From: Octopus sinensis
Lineage: Eukaryota
NCBI RefSeq assembly: GCF_006345805.1
Contig: NW_021827319.1
Coordinates: 1-10,863, forward strand
Direction of reading: 5' to 3'
DNA length: 10,863 nucleotides
In this document: in pieces, positions 8,393-10,863 of the stretch
Numbering within the stretch: the stretch's first letter is position 1
Layout of the letters: every line of letters begins with the position of its first letter
Program-made: the position numbers and the translations under genes
The notes under the pieces: generated by a model
What the model was told of the DNA's origin: nothing
Databases searched by the model: none
Seen by the model: only the letters and a program-made list of their open reading frames with translations

Positions 8393-8471
8393 GAAAAAAT
8401 TCACCGAAACAAATTCTGCCCGACCTGTGTGAACAAGGAATGGTGGATGCGAAAATGAGAATGGTAGATTC

Positions 8472-8982
8472 TCTTTCCTCTGTTTGCAAAGCCAACTAAG
8501 AAGACATTTCTATCCCTTTCCCTTTTATTCTCTCATTATCCATGTTGTGTCCATTTAGGGTAAGGGTTAAGCATAGGATTACTATGCTTAACCCTCTCTT
8601 CTTTTCCACAAGGTCAGCCCTCTCAAATTTCCTCCTGGCTCATGCTTTCATTAAAAGGGTCGACTTACAAGGAAAACATAAATGGCAACAAGTCTCACTT
8701 CCTATTGCAGCCCCTCTCCGGAATGTACCCATTTCCGTACACTATCTCCATTACACCTACATTCATTTGACTGTCAACCATATGATGGGTCATGTTAGAT
8801 GCTGTGCTGACCGCTGCTGCAAAGGAGAGTATATCCACTGACAGCTTTTCAGTATGTCCCAAAAATCATATCTCATACCCGCCACCCCCAAGTTTTCATG
8901 ACAAGTTAGGGTCTGGAATACTCCAAACTGATGTATGACATGTCACTGGTTCGAATTAGTCCACAAATGCTTTGTCGTCAAT
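8472..8982 (+). repeat. Inner inverted-repeat arm B (511 bp; partner 9107-9617)
   Basis: 9 substitutions and no indels versus the reverse complement of 9107-9617 (about 98%). The unique spacer is 8983-9106. Confidence 0.98.
8563..8595. other. Perfect 14-bp hairpin AGGGTTAAGCATAG-gatta-CTATGCTTAACCCT (mirror at 9494-9526)
   Basis: Stem 8563-8576 / 8582-8595, 5-nt loop, preceded by TTAGGG-TAAGGG. Confidence 0.9.
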
Positions 8983-9106
8983 GCTGCACTTTCCCGTATC
9001 ACCTGTTTCAACACACCTGTAATATATATACAGACTACACCACTTTAATCCCAAGCAATGGCGAGTATCTCTACAAGTATATGTATATATATGTGTGAGT
9101 GTATAT

Positions 9107-9617
9107 ATTGACAACAAAGCATTTGTGGACTAATTCGAACCAGTGACATGTCATGCATCAGTTTGGAGTATTCCAGACCCTAACTTGTCATGAAAACTTG
9201 GGGGTGGCGGGTATGAGATATGATTTTTGGGACATACTGAAAAGCTGTCAGTGGATATACTCTCCTTTGCAGCAGCGGTCAGCACAGCATCTAACATGAC
9301 CCATCATATGGTTGACAGTCAAATGAATGTAGGTGTAATGGAGATAGTGTACGGAAATGGGTACATTCCGGAGAGGGGCTGCAATAGGAAGTGAGACTTG
9401 TTGCCATTTATGTTTTCCTTGTAAGTCAATACTTTTAATGAAAGCATGAACCAGGAGGAAATTTGAGAGGGCTGACCTAGTGGAAAAGCAGAGAGGGTTA
9501 AGCATAGTAATCCTATGCTTAACCCTTACCCTAAATGGACACAACATAGATAATGAGAGAATAAAAGGGAAAGGGATAGAAATGTCTTCTTAGTTGGCTT
9601 TGCAAACAGAGGAAAGA
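9107..9617 (-). repeat. Inner inverted-repeat arm B'
   Basis: Reverse complement of 8472-8982. Confidence 0.98.
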
Positions 9618-10094
9618 ATTTGACTCATGGAAGCATAAAAGTTTTCACAATAAACCGATGGTGAAGATGATGATTATGATGTGCAAAACAAGTACCTGCT
9701 AAGAAAATCCATTTTCCCATTCTTTTGTGGGTCAGGCAGAGATTTTTCTGCCAGATGGCCTTCTTCTTGTGAACCCTCACTAGTTTCCAAGCAAGGTAAT
9801 ATTTCCCCATGTCTGCACATATTTTCAGGTTGATGTGCATTGACATGTGTTAAGTGATATGAAGACACAAAAACACACAGGACTACCTTCTTTGAGTTTC
9901 TGTCTATCAAATCCACTCAGATGGCTTTAGATGCTGCTATTAAAGAAGACCCTTGCTCAAGGTGCTGCTCTGTGAGACTGAACTTGAAATCACATGGTTG
10001 GAAATCAAAGTTGTTTTCCTAATTTTTTTTCCTAATTTTCTTAGCTTTTCATTATTCATCAATGCTTATTCTTGCTTCATCTGTCATAAAAATT
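9613..10094 (+). repeat. Segment D, copy 2 (482 bp), lying between B' and A'
   Basis: Direct copy of 4569-5048. It shares AAAGA (9613-9617) with B' and ATT (10092-10094) with A'. Confidence 0.97.
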
Positions 10095-10161
10095 CTCATT
10101 TTCGCATCCACCATTCCTTGTTCACACAGGTCGGGCAGAATTTGTTTTGGGGAATATTTTC

Positions 10162-10367
10162 TAGCGATATTGGGAGGACAAACACACATATATATACATA
10201 TATACGATGGGCTTCTTTCAGTTTCCATCTACCAAATCCACTCACAAGGCTTTGGTCGGCCCGAGGCTGTAGTAGATGACACTTGCCCAAGGTGCCATGC
10301 AGTGGGACTGAACCCAGAACCATGTGGTTGGTAAGCAAGCTACTTACCCCACAGCCAATCCTACGCC
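10162..10367 (-). mobile_element. tRNA-derived SINE, tandem copy 1
   Basis: The 164-bp core 10204-10367 is the reverse complement of 8187-8350 with 3 substitutions. Confidence 0.88.
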
Positions 10368-10544
10368 TATATATATATATACGATGGGCTTCTTTCAGTT
10401 TCCATCTACCAAATCCACTCACAAGGCATTAGTCGGCCCGAGGCTGTAGTAGATGACACTTGCCCAAGGTGCCATGCAGTGGGACTGAACCCAGAACCAT
10501 GTGGTTGGTAAGCAAGCTACTTACCACACAGCCAATCCTGCGCC
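10368..10544 (-). mobile_element. tRNA-derived SINE, tandem copy 2 (177-bp period)
   Basis: (TA)n at 10368-10380, then the 164-bp core 10381-10544, which is the reverse complement of 8187-8350 with 3 substitutions. Confidence 0.88.
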
Positions 10545-10699
10545 TATAAATAGGGAAAACAAAGCAAAAATAATTATCATCTCAAAGAGGAAGTCATCTG
10601 GAAATAATAATAAAAAATATTTAATCTACGAGAAATAGGTTAACTTTTAGATCTACTCTTTATCACCATCAGTCTCTGTCTACTTGTTACCACGCTTTT

Positions 10700-10743
<44 letters not shown>

Positions 10744-10863
10744 TAGTATATGTATTATCTTTGATGCATTCATTTTGTTTAAAACTTTTATTCACTGCAG
10801 CCATGCTGGAGCACTGCCTTGAGATAACTTACCTCTGTGATATTTTTGATACGAATAATTTCT

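Larger units (their letters stand above)
7902..8462 (+). repeat. Outer inverted-repeat arm A (partner 10092-10863)
   Basis: The reverse complement matches 10092 to the window end, apart from about 6 non-SINE substitutions, a few SINE substitutions, microsatellite length, a small insertion and an extra SINE copy. Confidence 0.97.
10092..10863 (-). repeat. Outer inverted-repeat arm A', continuing to the window edge
   Basis: Reverse complement of 7902-8462. The last base of the window pairs with 7902, so the true end is not visible. Confidence 0.96.

Noticed and set aside
8542-9547. Two near-identical 99-aa ORFs (8542-8841 + and 9248-9547 -) as a conserved gene pair
   Set aside because: The similarity is just the B/B' inverted duplication. 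The differences within the ORFs are mostly non-synonymous and there is no recognisable domain.
4581-9916. Paired 73-aa and 80-aa minus-strand ORFs at 4581-4872 and 9625-9916
   Set aside because: They arise from the D/D' duplication and partly overlap a degenerate SINE; no coding signature.

Overview
AT-rich eukaryotic genomic DNA, most likely from an octopus or other coleoid cephalopod. This is inferred from the C2H2 zinc-finger repeat style (HTGE-x-x-YHCDICGKSFS) and from SINE-like repeats I recognise from memory; no database search was run. Left to right: a degenerate interstitial (TTAGGG)n array, microsatellites, several SINE copies and fragments, a 6-copy repeat-spacer minisatellite, two small inverted-repeat (MITE-like) elements, a CpG-rich zone with promoter-like motifs that ends sharply near 4390, and a 4-finger C2H2-ZNF ORF (6435-6812) whose upstream finger is broken by a stop and a frameshift. 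The last 3 kb is a complex rearrangement: A(7902-8462), B(8472-8982), a 124-bp spacer, inverted B'(9107-9617), a direct copy of 4569-5048 (9613-10094), then inverted A'(10092 to the window end). Both junctions of the inserted copy have microhomology, and A' carries a tandemly duplicated SINE. All other ORFs in the track look spurious. There is no prokaryotic system, rRNA, true tRNA or CRISPR array.
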